Below are positions 9,504-19,314 of a stretch of DNA of 64,000 nt, piece by piece (the first letter of the stretch is position 1; every line of letters starts with the position of its first letter). The DNA is taken from contig CAVYJL010000008.1 of NCBI GenBank assembly GCA_963768865.1, positions 139,580 through 203,579 on the forward strand, read 5' to 3'. Under the pieces are notes generated by a model. That model made no database searches. It was not told the origin of the DNA and was given only the letters and a program-made list of their open reading frames with translations. A program made the position numbers and the translations under genes. This stretch comes from an uncultured Coriobacteriia bacterium. GTDB lineage: Bacteria > Actinomycetota > Coriobacteriia > Anaerosomatales > CAVYJL01.

Positions 9504-10312
9504 GATACCGGCCCCGCGGGCGAGTCCACCACGGCGCCGTGAAGGGCGCCCTCGGCGGCGAGAAGTCGGCGCAGCTCCGCGGTGCGCTCGAAGAACGCGG
9601 TGGACTGACGGTAGCCCTCAGAGCCCATGCCCGGGTTGTCCACGACGTGCGCGACCCTTCCGGGCCTGGGAGACATGACCACGACCCGCCGGCCGAGGAA
9701 CGCCGCCTCCTCTATCGAATGCGTGACCAGGAGCATGGTGTGGCCGCGCTCGGTCCACAGAGCGAGCAGAAGGTCCTGCAGGTCCTCACGCGTGAGGGCG
9801 TCGAGCGCGGACAGCGGCTCATCCATGAGCAACAGGTCCGCGTCGAGCGCGAGCGCGCGGGCGATCGCCACGCGCTGCCGCATGCCGCCTGACAGCTGCG
9901 CGGGGTACGCGTCCGCGAAATCGGCCAGGCCCACGCCGGCCAGCGCCCGCCCGCCCGCCGCGCGGCGCTCGCGGACCGGGAGGCGCCGGATCGTAAGGCC
10001 CAGCTCCACGTTGTGGCGCACGGTCTTCCACGGCAACAGGCCGAAGTCCTGGAGGATCAAAGCGGTGCGACGCCGAGGCCCGGCTACCGGTTCGCCCGCC
10101 ACGGCCAGCTCCCCCGACGTGGGCGACACGAGGCCGGCCACGGCCAGCAGAAGCGAGGACTTGCCGCACCCGCTGGGCCCGATGATCGCGACCGGCTCCC
10201 CCTCGGCTACGTGGAGGTCGAGGCCGTCGAGAGCGCGCGTCTCACGCGCGCCGGTCCCCCCTCGGGGCGCCCGGTACACGAGCCCCAGTCCTGACGCTTT
10301 GACCTCGGCCAT
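9500..10312 (-). CDS. ABC transporter ATP-binding protein, NitT/TauT family
   Basis: Walker A GPSGCGKSS, signature LSGGMRQRVAIARAL, Walker B LLLMDEP and H-loop VTHS. Confidence 0.9.
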   Translation of the reverse strand: MAEVKASGLGLVYRAPRGGTGARETRALDGLDLHVAEGEPVAIIGPSGCGKSSLLLAVAGLVSPTSGELAVAGEPVAGPRRRTALILQDFGLLPWKTVRHNVELGLTIRRLPVRERRAAGGRALAGVGLADFADAYPAQLSGGMRQRVAIARALALDADLLLMDEPLSALDALTREDLQDLLLALWTERGHTMLLVTHSIEEAAFLGRRVVVMSPRPGRVAHVVDNPGMGSEGYRQSTAFFERTAELRRLLAAEGALHGAVVDSPAGPVS

Positions 10313-10352
10313 GCCCCCCGCGTCCCTTGGCCGCGCGCCCCGCGGAGCGCGC

Positions 10353-11394
10353 TTACTTCTCGCGAGTCCAGGTGAGCGTGGTGTAGTTCACCGGCGTCGT
10401 GCCCAGGAGCTTGTTGTCCGTCATCCACTTGAGCACGTTGTCCACCTGCTGCTGGGTGGGCAGCTGGGCGGTCGGATACTGGTTGATCTCATAGCTGCTC
10501 GCGATGGGGGCGGGAAGACGGGCCTTGTCCACGAGCAGGGCACGGTACGCGTCCGGCTTGACGTCGATCGCGGCCACGGCCCGGTCCCAGATGCCGAGCA
10601 GCGTCTCGACGCTCTCCTTGCCGCCGGGCTTGGCAAGGTACGCGTCGGAGACCATGAGGATGGTCTGAGAGATGTTCAGCCGGCCCCTTGCTGTCGTCGG
10701 CCAGGACCTTGAGGCCGTCCTTGACGCCCAGCGAGAAGAAGGGCTCGGGGAGCACCGCGGCGGGCACCTTGCCTTGGCTGAGCAGCTGGTAGCGCACGGG
10801 GAGCTTCTTGACCTCTTCGCGCTTGACCGCGCGGGGGTCCACGCCGGCCTGAAGGATCAGGCGGTCCGCGGCGTATGCCGGCAGCGTGCCGGACGACTGC
10901 GCAAGCGCCCCGCCGGACTTGGCGAGGTCGTTGAGCGAGTTGATGCCGCTGTTCTTGGCGGCGAGTATGCCGAACCGCCCCTGCTCCGGCGTGGCGCCCA
11001 GCTCCAGCGTCACGATCTTGACCGGGAAGCCATGGCTCGTGAGCAGCGCCGCGGCGATGATGTCGGCGCTCGCCGCGTCGATGGAGCCGGCCTGCAGCGC
11101 GGCGTCGCGCTCGGCGGCCGAGGGGAACAGGGTGAGCGTCACGGAGAGCCCGGCCTTCTGGAACAAGCCGGCCTGCTCGGCGACGAACAGCGGCAGCGAA
11201 TCCTCGTTGGGCAGCACGCCTATCCTGATCGGGATGGGCTTGTTCACAGGCTCGCCGGTACGCGTGCCCGTCTCAGAGCCTGTCGTGCTCGTGGTGGAGG
11301 TCTGCGACGAGGCGCAGCCGCCTAGGGCGAGGAGGGCCAGCGACACGGCGAGCGCGACGGCTACCACCGGGACGAGTCTGCGTAGCTTCTTCAT
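10353..11394 (-). CDS. ABC substrate-binding lipoprotein (NMT1/THI5-like, NitT/TauT family); one frameshift near 10681-10689
   Basis: Lipoprotein signal LALLALGGCASS. ORFs 10489..11394 and 10353..10655 join as ..KVLADDSKG|LNISQTILMVSDAYLAKPGG.. after removing one base in GGGGCCGGC. Confidence 0.8.
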
Positions 11395-11507
11395 GCGTTC
11401 CTCCTGGTGGGGCCGGCGGGGGCGACGGCGCTGGTCACGGTGGGCGGGCGAGGCGTGGCGGGCGTGGCGAGCGTGCTATGCGGCGGCGTGCCGCTCGAAG
11501 CGCGGGG

Positions 11508-12137
11508 CTAGTCGGCGGACACGGGACGGCGCAGCCGCACCTCGTCCCTGATGGGGATCCCGGCGAAGCCGGGCACGGCCGCTCCCATGCGATCGGCCAT
11601 GGCGCCGAGCGCGATGTCGGTGATGACGAAGCCGTTGCGCTGATAGAAGTAGAGCGACGAGATGTCGTCGTTGGACACGGCCGCCCGGATGAAGGGGAGC
11701 CGGCGCGCCTTCGCACGCTCGAACACCGCGTCCAGCAGCGACTTCCCTATCCCGCCGCCCTGGTGCTCCGGATACACCGAGAGCAGCACGATAGCGAGCT
11801 CACCTTGGTGGATCGCGAGCGACACCATGCCGGCGAGCTGGCCGTCCACCTCGGCAAGGAGGTTGTCGCTGGACAGCACGTCGAACGTGCGGCCCAGCGT
11901 GTCGATCTCGGTCTCGCCCCAGGCGCGGTCGCACAGCTCCTCCACGGCGTGGCGGTCGGCGTCGCTCGCGGGACGGATGGTGAACGCCTCGTGGACCTCG
12001 TTGGGCTGGTGCTTGGCGCACGTGACGGTGATGCGCGCCTCGGTGAGCGGCAGCGCCTCGCCGTCCACGGGGCAGCGGTAGTGCGGGTAGGGCAGGTCCA
12101 TCGCCCCGACCATGTCGAGCTCGCTGTCCTGATCCAT
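11508..12137 (-). CDS. GNAT family N-acetyltransferase
   Basis: GNAT motif A (VYPEHQGGGIGKSLLDAVFERAK) with a YFYQRNGF tail. ATG 12137 has GGAGG 5 nt upstream; ATG 12149 is also possible. Confidence 0.8.
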   Translation of the reverse strand: MDQDSELDMVGAMDLPYPHYRCPVDGEALPLTEARITVTCAKHQPNEVHEAFTIRPASDADRHAVEELCDRAWGETEIDTLGRTFDVLSSDNLLAEVDGQLAGMVSLAIHQGELAIVLLSVYPEHQGGGIGKSLLDAVFERAKARRLPFIRAAVSNDDISSLYFYQRNGFVITDIALGAMADRMGAAVPGFAGIPIRDEVRLRRPVSAD

Positions 12138-12243
12138 GGGGGCCTCCATCGGTCAGCCGCCATCGGCGGCGGATTCGTATCCTGATTCGGTGCCGGGCCG
12201 AGGGGACCCGTCCCGGGCGCTCCGGGCGCGCAGCCCGGAAGAC

Positions 12244-13284
12244 TCACATAATAGCGCTCCGCAGGCGCTCCGCGGCCCGGTCGGAGCCGGTGGAGTTGAT
12301 GCCCATGGCGGTGCCCACCTCGAAGCCTGCCGCGCAGCTGAAGCGGGGCACCAGCTCCACGTGCCAGTGGAACGGCAGCGCCCCGGTGCGCTCCACCGCG
12401 AAGGGGGCCGTGTGCACCACCAGGTTGAACGCCACCGCCGGGCCGAGGGCTCCCGCGTAGGCGCGGGCCGCGGCCGTGAGTGCGACCGCGAGCGAATCGC
12501 GCTCGGGGTCGTCCGCGTCCGCGAACGTGTGCGCACAGCGATGCGGCACGATGCGCATCTGGTAGGGCGACGTGGCCGCCCACGGTGACACGAGGCGCGT
12601 GATGCCGTCGTCCCAGACCGTGAGCCCCGCCTCGTCGTCCGCGGCGGTCGCGTCGCACAGCAGACAGCGGCCGGTATGGGCCTCGGCATAGGTGGTCATG
12701 TTGCCGATCTCGCGCACGATGATGTCGGGCACCCGCGGAAGCGCGATGAGCTGCGTGTGCGCGTGCGCGAGCGAGGCGCCGGACAGCGAGCCCTGGTTGC
12801 GGAAGAGCACGACCACGGCGGTGCGCCCGTCGTCGCGCCAGTACCGCAGACGCTCCGCGAACGCATCCACGACGAGGCGCGCGTGCCGGTCCGAGAAGTC
12901 CGCCAGCCCTTCTTCGTGCCTAGGCGTCTCCACCACGACCTCGTGCCCGCCGAAGCCGGTCACCGCCTCGTAGGGACCGGGCGCGGGGAGCGGCTCCGAG
13001 CCCTCGGCAGTGTCGGGGGCCGAGAGCGCCGGGTACAGGTTGGGCACGACTCGCACCGTCCAGGGCAGCCCGGCCGCGGCGTCGTCGCCGGCGATGGCCC
13101 GGAAGACCTCCGGCGGCGTGCGGTCCTCGCGGCCCGGGCAGAACGGGCAGCCGGCGGCATCGGCCATGGGCGGCGCGGAGTTGTCCGGCGTGAAGTCCAC
13201 CGGGCGCGTCTCGCGCACCGGCGCCAGGATGGTCCAGGAACCCGTGAGCGCGTCGCGGCGCAGCTCTGAAGCGTGATCGGTCAT
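12244..13284 (-). CDS. galT: Galactose-1-phosphate uridylyltransferase-family (GalT/HIT branch) nucleotidyltransferase
   Basis: Zn-site CPFCPGRE, active-site HAHTQL (HxHxQ) and a second half-domain. ATG 13284 is preceded by GGGGAGGG. The true substrate is uncertain. Confidence 0.75.
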   Translation of the reverse strand: MTDHASELRRDALTGSWTILAPVRETRPVDFTPDNSAPPMADAAGCPFCPGREDRTPPEVFRAIAGDDAAAGLPWTVRVVPNLYPALSAPDTAEGSEPLPAPGPYEAVTGFGGHEVVVETPRHEEGLADFSDRHARLVVDAFAERLRYWRDDGRTAVVVLFRNQGSLSGASLAHAHTQLIALPRVPDIIVREIGNMTTYAEAHTGRCLLCDATAADDEAGLTVWDDGITRLVSPWAATSPYQMRIVPHRCAHTFADADDPERDSLAVALTAAARAYAGALGPAVAFNLVVHTAPFAVERTGALPFHWHVELVPRFSCAAGFEVGTAMGINSTGSDRAAERLRSAIM

Positions 13285-13368
13285 GCGGCCCTCCCCGGCC
13301 TCGGCACTGTGGGCCGCCCGCACGGCTCGGGCGGGCTGTCCCGGCAGGTTGGATGGTAGCATCGGCCC

Positions 13369-14269
13369 ATGACATCTCCGGTTCCCCTGCTCACTGACGA
13401 CCCGCGCGCCGCGGCGGTGCTGGCCGGCGCGCGGATCCTTTACACCGACCTGGACGGCACCCTTCTAGGCCGAGGCGGTTCGCTCCTCAGCGACCACGAC
13501 GGCACGCCCACGCTCGTCATGGCGGACGCCGTGGTGGACCTGAATCGGGCGCAGCTGCCCGTGGTCATCGTGTCGGGACGCAACTCGCTGCAGCTCGTGG
13601 AGATCACCCGCATGCTGGGCTGGACCGGCTTCATCGGCGAGGTGGGCGCGGTGTTCGTGCGCGACCGCGGCGCCGAGATCACGTACAACCTGGGGCAGTG
13701 GGCCGCGGACGCCGTGCCCGAAGGAACCACGCCCTACCAGGTGATCGCCGATTCCGGCGCCGCCGAGCGCCTCATGGCCGCCTTCCCGGGCCTCATCGAG
13801 TATCACGACCCTTTCCACCTGAACCGGCTGGCATCGCACGTCATGCGCGGGAACGTGGACATCGCGGCCGCGCAGCGGATCGTGGACGAAGACGGCGGCC
13901 ACCCGCCCATCGACATCGTGGACAACGGCATCATCCACCCGTGGCGCCACACCCTTGTGGGTGTGGATCGAGATCCACATCTATCACCTGCTGCCCCGCG
14001 GCGTGAACAAGGCGCAGGCGGTGGCGGCGGACATGGTGGCGCGCGGCATCTCGCGCGACGAGGCCATCGCCGCCGGCGACTCGATCGCGGACCTGCGCAT
14101 GGCCGAGGCCGTGGGGCTGATGACACTCGTCGCCAACGGCCTGGACTCCTCGGTGACGGCGGACGCCGCCGAGCGGCTGGACAACCTCGTCGTCACAGAG
14201 CAGCGCCAGGGCCACGGCTGGGCCGAGCTCGCGCAGGCGTGGCTCAGCGCTCGAGGCGAGCGCGCGTGA
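13369..14269 (+). CDS. HAD-superfamily (Cof/sugar-phosphatase-like) hydrolase; one frameshift near 13965-13975
   Basis: HAD motif I is YTDLDGTLL, motif II is VIVSGR, and the C-terminal GDSIADLRMAE is motif IV. ORF 13369.. and ORF 13955..14269 join at ..HTLVGV|(I)EIHIYHLLPRGVNK.. within GGATCGAGATCC. Confidence 0.75.
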
Positions 14270-14829
14270 GCGACGAGGGCGCCCCCGAGCGGCGGCGCAG
14301 CCCCGCGACCGTCTGGGCGGCCGTGGTCGCGGTAGTCGCCATCATCGTGATCGTCGTAGGGGGGCTGCTCGCTTGGCGCATGCTGGCGCCGGCGCCCCAA
14401 GTCGCCGCACCGGCGGGGGGCGGGGACGCGGCCACCGCGTCAGCCCAGGCCAGGGCTGTCGCGGACCTCATCGCCGCGTGGGCCGCGGACGACCGGGCGG
14501 CCATCGAGAGCCACGTGACCTCGGCATCGCTGCCTTGGACGGCACCGCCGCCGGGCCTGCCGCCCGGCATCTCCCGCGGGCTCGTGGCCACGCTCGCGCA
14601 GCCGTACCAGTCGGGCCTGTCGTGGGTCGTGGGCGACCCGAGCTACGCGCAGGTGACGCTCACAGCGGACGGCAAGTCGCCCGACGGCACGGTGACTGCG
14701 CAGATCATCGTGGGCAACGGCACGCCCCGCGCAGCGTCGTTCGGCGTGGTGCTCGAGCACGGCGCATGGAAGGCCGCCACCATGGACGGGCTGCCGGTGG
14801 CCCAGGGCCTCCAGCGACTCCTCCAGTAG
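14266..14829 (+). CDS. Hypothetical N-terminally membrane-anchored protein (187 aa)
   Basis: GTG 14266 overlaps the HAD stop (GTGA). It has one TM helix (VWAAVVAVVAIIVIVVGGLLAW) and then a small extracytoplasmic domain. I recognise no family. Confidence 0.55.
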   Translation: MSDEGAPERRRSPATVWAAVVAVVAIIVIVVGGLLAWRMLAPAPQVAAPAGGGDAATASAQARAVADLIAAWAADDRAAIESHVTSASLPWTAPPPGLPPGISRGLVATLAQPYQSGLSWVVGDPSYAQVTLTADGKSPDGTVTAQIIVGNGTPRAASFGVVLEHGAWKAATMDGLPVAQGLQRLLQ

Positions 14830-14887
14830 CGGCGGCCTTCACGGGGGCCTCGGACGTCGCGCGGCCTCGCGGCGTCGCGCCCGCCTG

Positions 14888-15778
14888 CTACTCCTTGGGC
14901 TTGCGCGCCGACACCGCCACGCTCGCGAACGAGGTCGCGGCGGCCTCGAGCTCGGCCCGGCTCGCGCCGGTGGACTTGGCGAACTCGGCGATGAGGTCCT
15001 CGGCAAGGACGTCGTTGACGCTGAACGTCTGCTTCTTGGTCACGGTCACGTCGGTGAATCCCGCGCGCTCGATCGCGCCGAGGTAGTCGTCGAGCTGGGC
15101 CGCTCCGGCGAGGCAGGCCACGTAGGCCTCCACGGAGGTCAGGATCGCGTCCGGCACCGGCCCGAGCAGCACGATGTCGGAGACGCTGAGGCGTCCGTCC
15201 GCAGCGAGCACGCGGAAGGCGTCGCGGAAGACGGCACCCTTGTCGGGCACCAGATTCACCACGCAGTTGCTGATGACGGCGTCCGCCGTGCCGTCGGCCA
15301 CGGGCAGGTGCTCGATCTCGCCCAGCCGGAACTCGACGTTGGTGATGCCGGCGTCGGCCGCGTTGCCGCGCGCCCGGTCGAGCATCTCCGGTGTCATGTC
15401 CACGCCTATAACGCGGCCGGCCGGTCCCACGCGCCGGGCCGCGAGGAAGCAGTCGATCCCGGCGCCGCTGCCCAGGTCCACGACGGTCTCGCCCTCCTTG
15501 AGCTCGAGCATCGCGAGCGGGTTGCCGCACCCCAGGCCGAGGTCCGCCCCTTCCGGGATGGCGGCGAGGTCGGCCGCGTCGTACCCGAGCGCCTCGCTTG
15601 CCGAGGAGGTCGTCGCCGCGCCTGCGCCCCCGCAGCCGCAACCCGCGGTGGAGGCGGCCGCCTTCGCGGAGCCGAGCGTCGCTGCGCCCCCCGACGGTCC
15701 GCAGCACGACGTGCCCTGCGTCACGTGGCCGGCGTAGCGCTCCCGCACGGCGGTCTTGATGTCCTGATCCTCATGCAT
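14888..15778 (-). CDS. arsM: Arsenite S-adenosylmethionine methyltransferase ArsM
   Basis: N-terminal Cys pair (TSCCGPSG), further CGCG cysteines, SAM motif VVDLGSGAGID, the conserved VISNCVVNL, and the ArsM-type C-terminal domain. Confidence 0.9.
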   Translation of the reverse strand: MHEDQDIKTAVRERYAGHVTQGTSCCGPSGGAATLGSAKAAASTAGCGCGGAGAATTSSASEALGYDAADLAAIPEGADLGLGCGNPLAMLELKEGETVVDLGSGAGIDCFLAARRVGPAGRVIGVDMTPEMLDRARGNAADAGITNVEFRLGEIEHLPVADGTADAVISNCVVNLVPDKGAVFRDAFRVLAADGRLSVSDIVLLGPVPDAILTSVEAYVACLAGAAQLDDYLGAIERAGFTDVTVTKKQTFSVNDVLAEDLIAEFAKSTGASRAELEAAATSFASVAVSARKPKE

Positions 15779-15897
15779 GGCGATCCCTTCTCCCTGTAGG
15801 TGGCTGTCGCCGGCCGGGCTGCGGGCGGGTCACCCGAGTCCGAGCCGGTCCGGGTCCACCAACTACTTTGATGATGGTCGAACTACTCTCCGGCCGC

Positions 15898-15921
15898 TAT
15901 AATACTTCGATAGGTATCGAA
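15898..15921 (+). promoter_or_regulatory. arsR promoter -10 box plus palindromic operator
   Basis: A perfect TATAAT lies at 15898..15903. It is immediately followed by the inverted repeat TTCGATA-GG-TATCGAA (15906..15921), ~25 nt upstream of the arsR ATG and within the divergent arsM-arsR intergenic region. Confidence 0.55.
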
Positions 15922-15943
15922 CTTGTCAACCCCGGAGTCGTTC

Positions 15944-16339
15944 ATGCCCGCTGAATCGCAGAACACCGACCGGATGGACCTCGTCTTCCGTGCTCTGGCG
16001 TCCAAGCCCAGGCGTGAGATCCTGCGCGTGCTGGCCACGTCCGGCGCCCCCGGCGGGACCTCGTGCTGCTCGGGCGATGAGGTCTGCGCCTGCGATCTCG
16101 TGGAGAAGCTGGGCCTGTCGGCGCCCACGGTCTCCCACCACATGAAGGCGCTCATCGACGCGGGGCTCGTCACCGCCCAGAAGCGCGGACTGTGGGTCTA
16201 CTACGCGCTGCGCGCAGACACGGTTGCCGAGGTCGCCACGGAGCTCATGTCGCTCGCCGGCTGCTCGCCCGGGCCGTGCGTGCCCGCGAGCCCGGTACCG
16301 GCCTCGGCCACGACCGGGGACTCAGAAGCGACGTCATGA
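15944..16339 (+). CDS. arsR: ArsR/SmtB family metalloregulator
   Basis: wHTH with a metal/As(III)-binding cysteine cluster ([13 protein letters not shown]) and the recognition helix [15 protein letters not shown] 15944 is preferred over TTG 15923. Confidence 0.9.
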   Translation: MPAESQNTDRMDLVFRALASKPRREILRVLATSGAPGGTSCCSGDEVCACDLVEKLGLSAPTVSHHMKALIDAGLVTAQKRGLWVYYALRADTVAEVATELMSLAGCSPGPCVPASPVPASATTGDSEATS

Positions 16340-16731
16340 CGGCTCTGGCTGCCCTGAAGGAGCGGGCACGGGCGCTGAAGCGGGAGACCTACGCTCTGTA
16401 CCTTGCGGCGCGCGACCCGGGGACACCCTGGTACGCGAAAGCCGTGGCCGTAGCCGTCGTCGCCTACGCGGTGAGCCCCATCGACCTGATCCCGGACTTC
16501 ATCCCGGTACTGGGCTACCTGGACGATCTGATCTTGCTCCCCGCCGGGATCGCGCTCGCGATCAAGCTCGTGCCGGCCGAGGTCCTTGCCGAGTGTCACG
16601 GCCGCGCCGACCGGGCCCTGGAGACGGGCGCCGCGGGAGGTCGCACGGCGGCGGTCGTGGTCGTCGTCATATGGGTGACCCTTGGCGCGCTCGTGGCCGC
16701 CTGGCTCATCACGAGACTCCGGCCCGGGTAG
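16336..16731 (+). CDS. DUF1232 (YkvA-like) membrane protein
   Basis: Signature [28 protein letters not shown]. Its ATG overlaps the arsR stop (ATGA). Confidence 0.8.
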   Translation: MTALAALKERARALKRETYALYLAARDPGTPWYAKAVAVAVVAYAVSPIDLIPDFIPVLGYLDDLILLPAGIALAIKLVPAEVLAECHGRADRALETGAAGGRTAAVVVVVIWVTLGALVAAWLITRLRPG

Positions 16732-16884
16732 CCGGCGAGGCGCCTCGCCTCGCCTCGGCAACGAGCTTTACACCGTACAGCGGCGGCGCCGTGGACATGA
16801 CGCCCGGAGCTTCAGGGTTGCCCCGCCGGGTATACCGAGCCTACAATGGCCGGTGCGCCGTTGGCGCGATTTGACAACACGAAG

Positions 16885-17070
16885 ATCTCATCCGTTAGGC
16901 GCGGCTCCTGTCGCGAACACAGGCCACTGCCCGGAAATGTCGAGAGACGCCAATGGGTAGAACAGCCCTCGCCGGCTTAAGGCGAAGGCTAAGGTGGCTG
17001 GCCCCGGACCTCCCTGAGGCGGGACTACCTACGTCCGACAGTGCCAAAACCGATGACGAGGGACGAGATC
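16885..17070 (+). promoter_or_regulatory. M-box (ykoK-type) Mg2+ riboswitch aptamer
   Basis: Block-by-block match to the B. subtilis mgtE leader as I remember it: GTTAGGCGCGGCTCCTGT, CTGCCCGGAAATGTCGAGAGACGCCAATGGGTAGAACAG, TTAAGGCGA, GCTGG and ACAGTGCCAAAACCGATGACGA. P1 is formed by CTCATCC / GGGACGAG. Confidence 0.9.
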
Positions 17071-17163
17071 GATGCGGTGCAGGACAGGCCTCGGGTCTGC
17101 TTCGCCGCGTCTTGGTGCGCTCGGGGTCCGGCCAATGGCCGTGGCCGCGCCGCGCCGCTCTCT

Positions 17164-17212
17164 GACGACCCCTCGTCCCGGCACTGAAGCCTGATGGACC
17201 TGGGGTCTTTTC
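17164..17212 (+). terminator. Candidate M-box expression-platform terminator
   Basis: GACCCC (17167-17172) pairs with GGGGTC (17202-17207) and is followed by TTTTCG. CTCGTCCC (17172-17179) is complementary to the P1 3' strand GGGACGAG, which allows an antiterminator alternative. The long loop makes the fold uncertain. Confidence 0.35.
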
Positions 17213-17423
17213 GTGTCGTCGGACCTGTAACCGATCGAAGAGGACTCGATGTATCACAGTCGCTAGGTCCCGGAGCCTCCCATGCGTGACAGCTGTCCGG
17301 CTCCAGGGACCATGACCCGACGGGACCCCGCCGTATAGGCCGGTCCCGTGAGCTCGACCCGACAGCTATCGGCCGGCGCGGACGCTCGATGCGGCCGCGA
17401 ACGGAACGCATACGGAGGATGCC

Positions 17424-19304
17424 ATGCTCTACCTCACCCGCATGGTGGGCAAGCCGGTGGTGGACGCCGCCGGAACGGAGATAGGGACCATACGCGACGT
17501 CGCCATCGCGACCGGGGAAGTCTTCCCTCGCGTGACTTCGCTCGCCTTCACCGGGCCCGACAAGACGCCCTTCATGCTGTCTTGGCGCAAGTACGTGGAG
17601 TCTGTGGACCCCGACAGGATCGCGCTCAACGCCGCCCGCCAGGACCTTCGCTTCAGCTACCAGCAGCCCGACGAGGTCCTGCTCGCGCGTGACCTGCTCA
17701 ACAAGCAGATCGTGGACACGCAGGGCATGAAGGTCGTGCGCGTGAACGACCTCAAACTCGCGGAGTCCCGCAACCAGCTTCGCCTCCTGGGCGCGGATGT
17801 GGGAGTCACCGGGCTTCTGCGCGCGCTGTCCCCCGCGCTCGAGCGCGCGGCCGTGAGCCTGTCCAAGGCAGTGGGACGCCCGCTCAAGGAAGACCTCATC
17901 GCCTGGAACTACATGGACCTCCTCGACCGCGACCTGTCGCAGGTGCGTCTGTCCGTCACCCACAAGCGCCTGCACGAGCTGCACCCCGCCGACATGGCCG
18001 ACATCCTCGAGCAGCTCACGCCTGCTCAGCGCGCGGCCGTCTTCAGCCAGCTGGACATCAACCAGGCGGCCGAGACCATGTCCGAACTCGAAGACGAGTA
18101 CCAGGCCGAGGTCGTGGACGACCTGGACAACGAGCGCGCCTCGGACATCTTGGAGCTCATGGACCCCGACGACGCGGCGGACGTCGTGGGCGACCTGCCC
18201 TACACCAAGGCGGAGCAGCTGCTCAGGCTCATGGGCGTCAAGGAGCAGGCTCAGATCAGGGCGTTGCTCGGCTATCGGGACAAGACCGCCGGCGGCATCA
18301 TGACCTCCGAGGTCACCACGGTCACGCCGGAGATGAGCGTGGCGCAGATCATCGAGTACCTGCGCGGCGAGGCGTCGGAGTTCGAGAACATCTACTACGT
18401 CTACGTGGTGGACGAGTCTCGCCACCTGCTCGGCGTCGTCTCGCTGCGCGACCTCGTGGTCGCCCAGCCCAACACATGCATCGAGTCCGTCTACAAGCGC
18501 GACGTGATCACCGTGGACCCCGACGACGACCAGGAAGAGGTCGCCGACACGATGTCCAAGTACGACCTGCTCGCGCTCCCGGTCGTGGACGAGAGCGGCG
18601 TGATCTTGGGCATGGTCACGGTCGACGACGCATTGGACGTCATGGAAGAGGAGTCTGCCGAGGACCTCGCACTCGCGACGGGATCCACGGAGACGTTCGA
18701 TCCCACGGGCGGGATCTGGAAGTGGGTGGGCCGCCACGGATGGCTCTGGGTCTGGATCCCGCTCGGGGTCTTCGCCGCACTCCTGGCGCGCTATCAGTCG
18801 TTCGTGCGCAGCACCGGAGCGTTCGGTGCGGCACCGGGCTTCCTCATCGTGGCGACGCTGAGTCTGCCGCTGCTCGTGCTCGCGCCGGTACTCCTGCGTT
18901 TCTCCGAAGACATCGCCGCACGCACCGTGGCGCGGCTCATCGAGGAGTCCGACGAGGAAGAGGTGCCGGCCTGGTGGTTCACCCTGGGCTCCGACGCGCT
19001 GGGTGGACTCGTACTGGGCGTGATCCTGGCAGCCATCGTGTTCGTTCTCGTGGAGCTCACCAACTATGGGACCGCGCTCCAGTCGATGGGAGGCGCAGGC
19101 GTGATCGCCGCGGTCAGCGGCCTGACGGTGCTGCTCGTCGCGGTTGCCGGCACCGCCGTGGGCGGATGGGCCCGCTGGATGACCGGACGCGACCGTCGCG
19201 TCTCGGCCAGCATGGTCTACATCGTCCTCATGGCTGTGGCCGCCGTCCTCTACGCCGCTCTCGCGATGGTCGCGGTCGTCGCGGCATACCCCTACCCGCG
19301 CTAG
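17424..19304 (+). CDS. PRC-barrel + MgtE-N + CBS-pair protein with a divergent C-terminal membrane domain
   Basis: N-terminal PRC barrel (LTRMVGKPVVDAAGTEIGTIRDV; NKQIVDTQGMKVVRVNDL). The MgtE_N helices follow (HPADMADILEQLTPAQRAAVFSQL..DDAADVVGDLP), then two CBS motifs (IMTSEVTTVTPEMSV..; VITVDPDDDQEEV..LPVVDESGVILGMVTVDDALDV). About 5 TM helices at the C-terminus do not look like the canonical MgtE pore. RBS is ACGGAGGA. Confidence 0.75.
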   Translation: MLYLTRMVGKPVVDAAGTEIGTIRDVAIATGEVFPRVTSLAFTGPDKTPFMLSWRKYVESVDPDRIALNAARQDLRFSYQQPDEVLLARDLLNKQIVDTQGMKVVRVNDLKLAESRNQLRLLGADVGVTGLLRALSPALERAAVSLSKAVGRPLKEDLIAWNYMDLLDRDLSQVRLSVTHKRLHELHPADMADILEQLTPAQRAAVFSQLDINQAAETMSELEDEYQAEVVDDLDNERASDILELMDPDDAADVVGDLPYTKAEQLLRLMGVKEQAQIRALLGYRDKTAGGIMTSEVTTVTPEMSVAQIIEYLRGEASEFENIYYVYVVDESRHLLGVVSLRDLVVAQPNTCIESVYKRDVITVDPDDDQEEVADTMSKYDLLALPVVDESGVILGMVTVDDALDVMEEESAEDLALATGSTETFDPTGGIWKWVGRHGWLWVWIPLGVFAALLARYQSFVRSTGAFGAAPGFLIVATLSLPLLVLAPVLLRFSEDIAARTVARLIEESDEEEVPAWWFTLGSDALGGLVLGVILAAIVFVLVELTNYGTALQSMGGAGVIAAVSGLTVLLVAVAGTAVGGWARWMTGRDRRVSASMVYIVLMAVAAVLYAALAMVAVVAAYPYPR

Positions 19305-19314
19305 GAAGCCGGCC

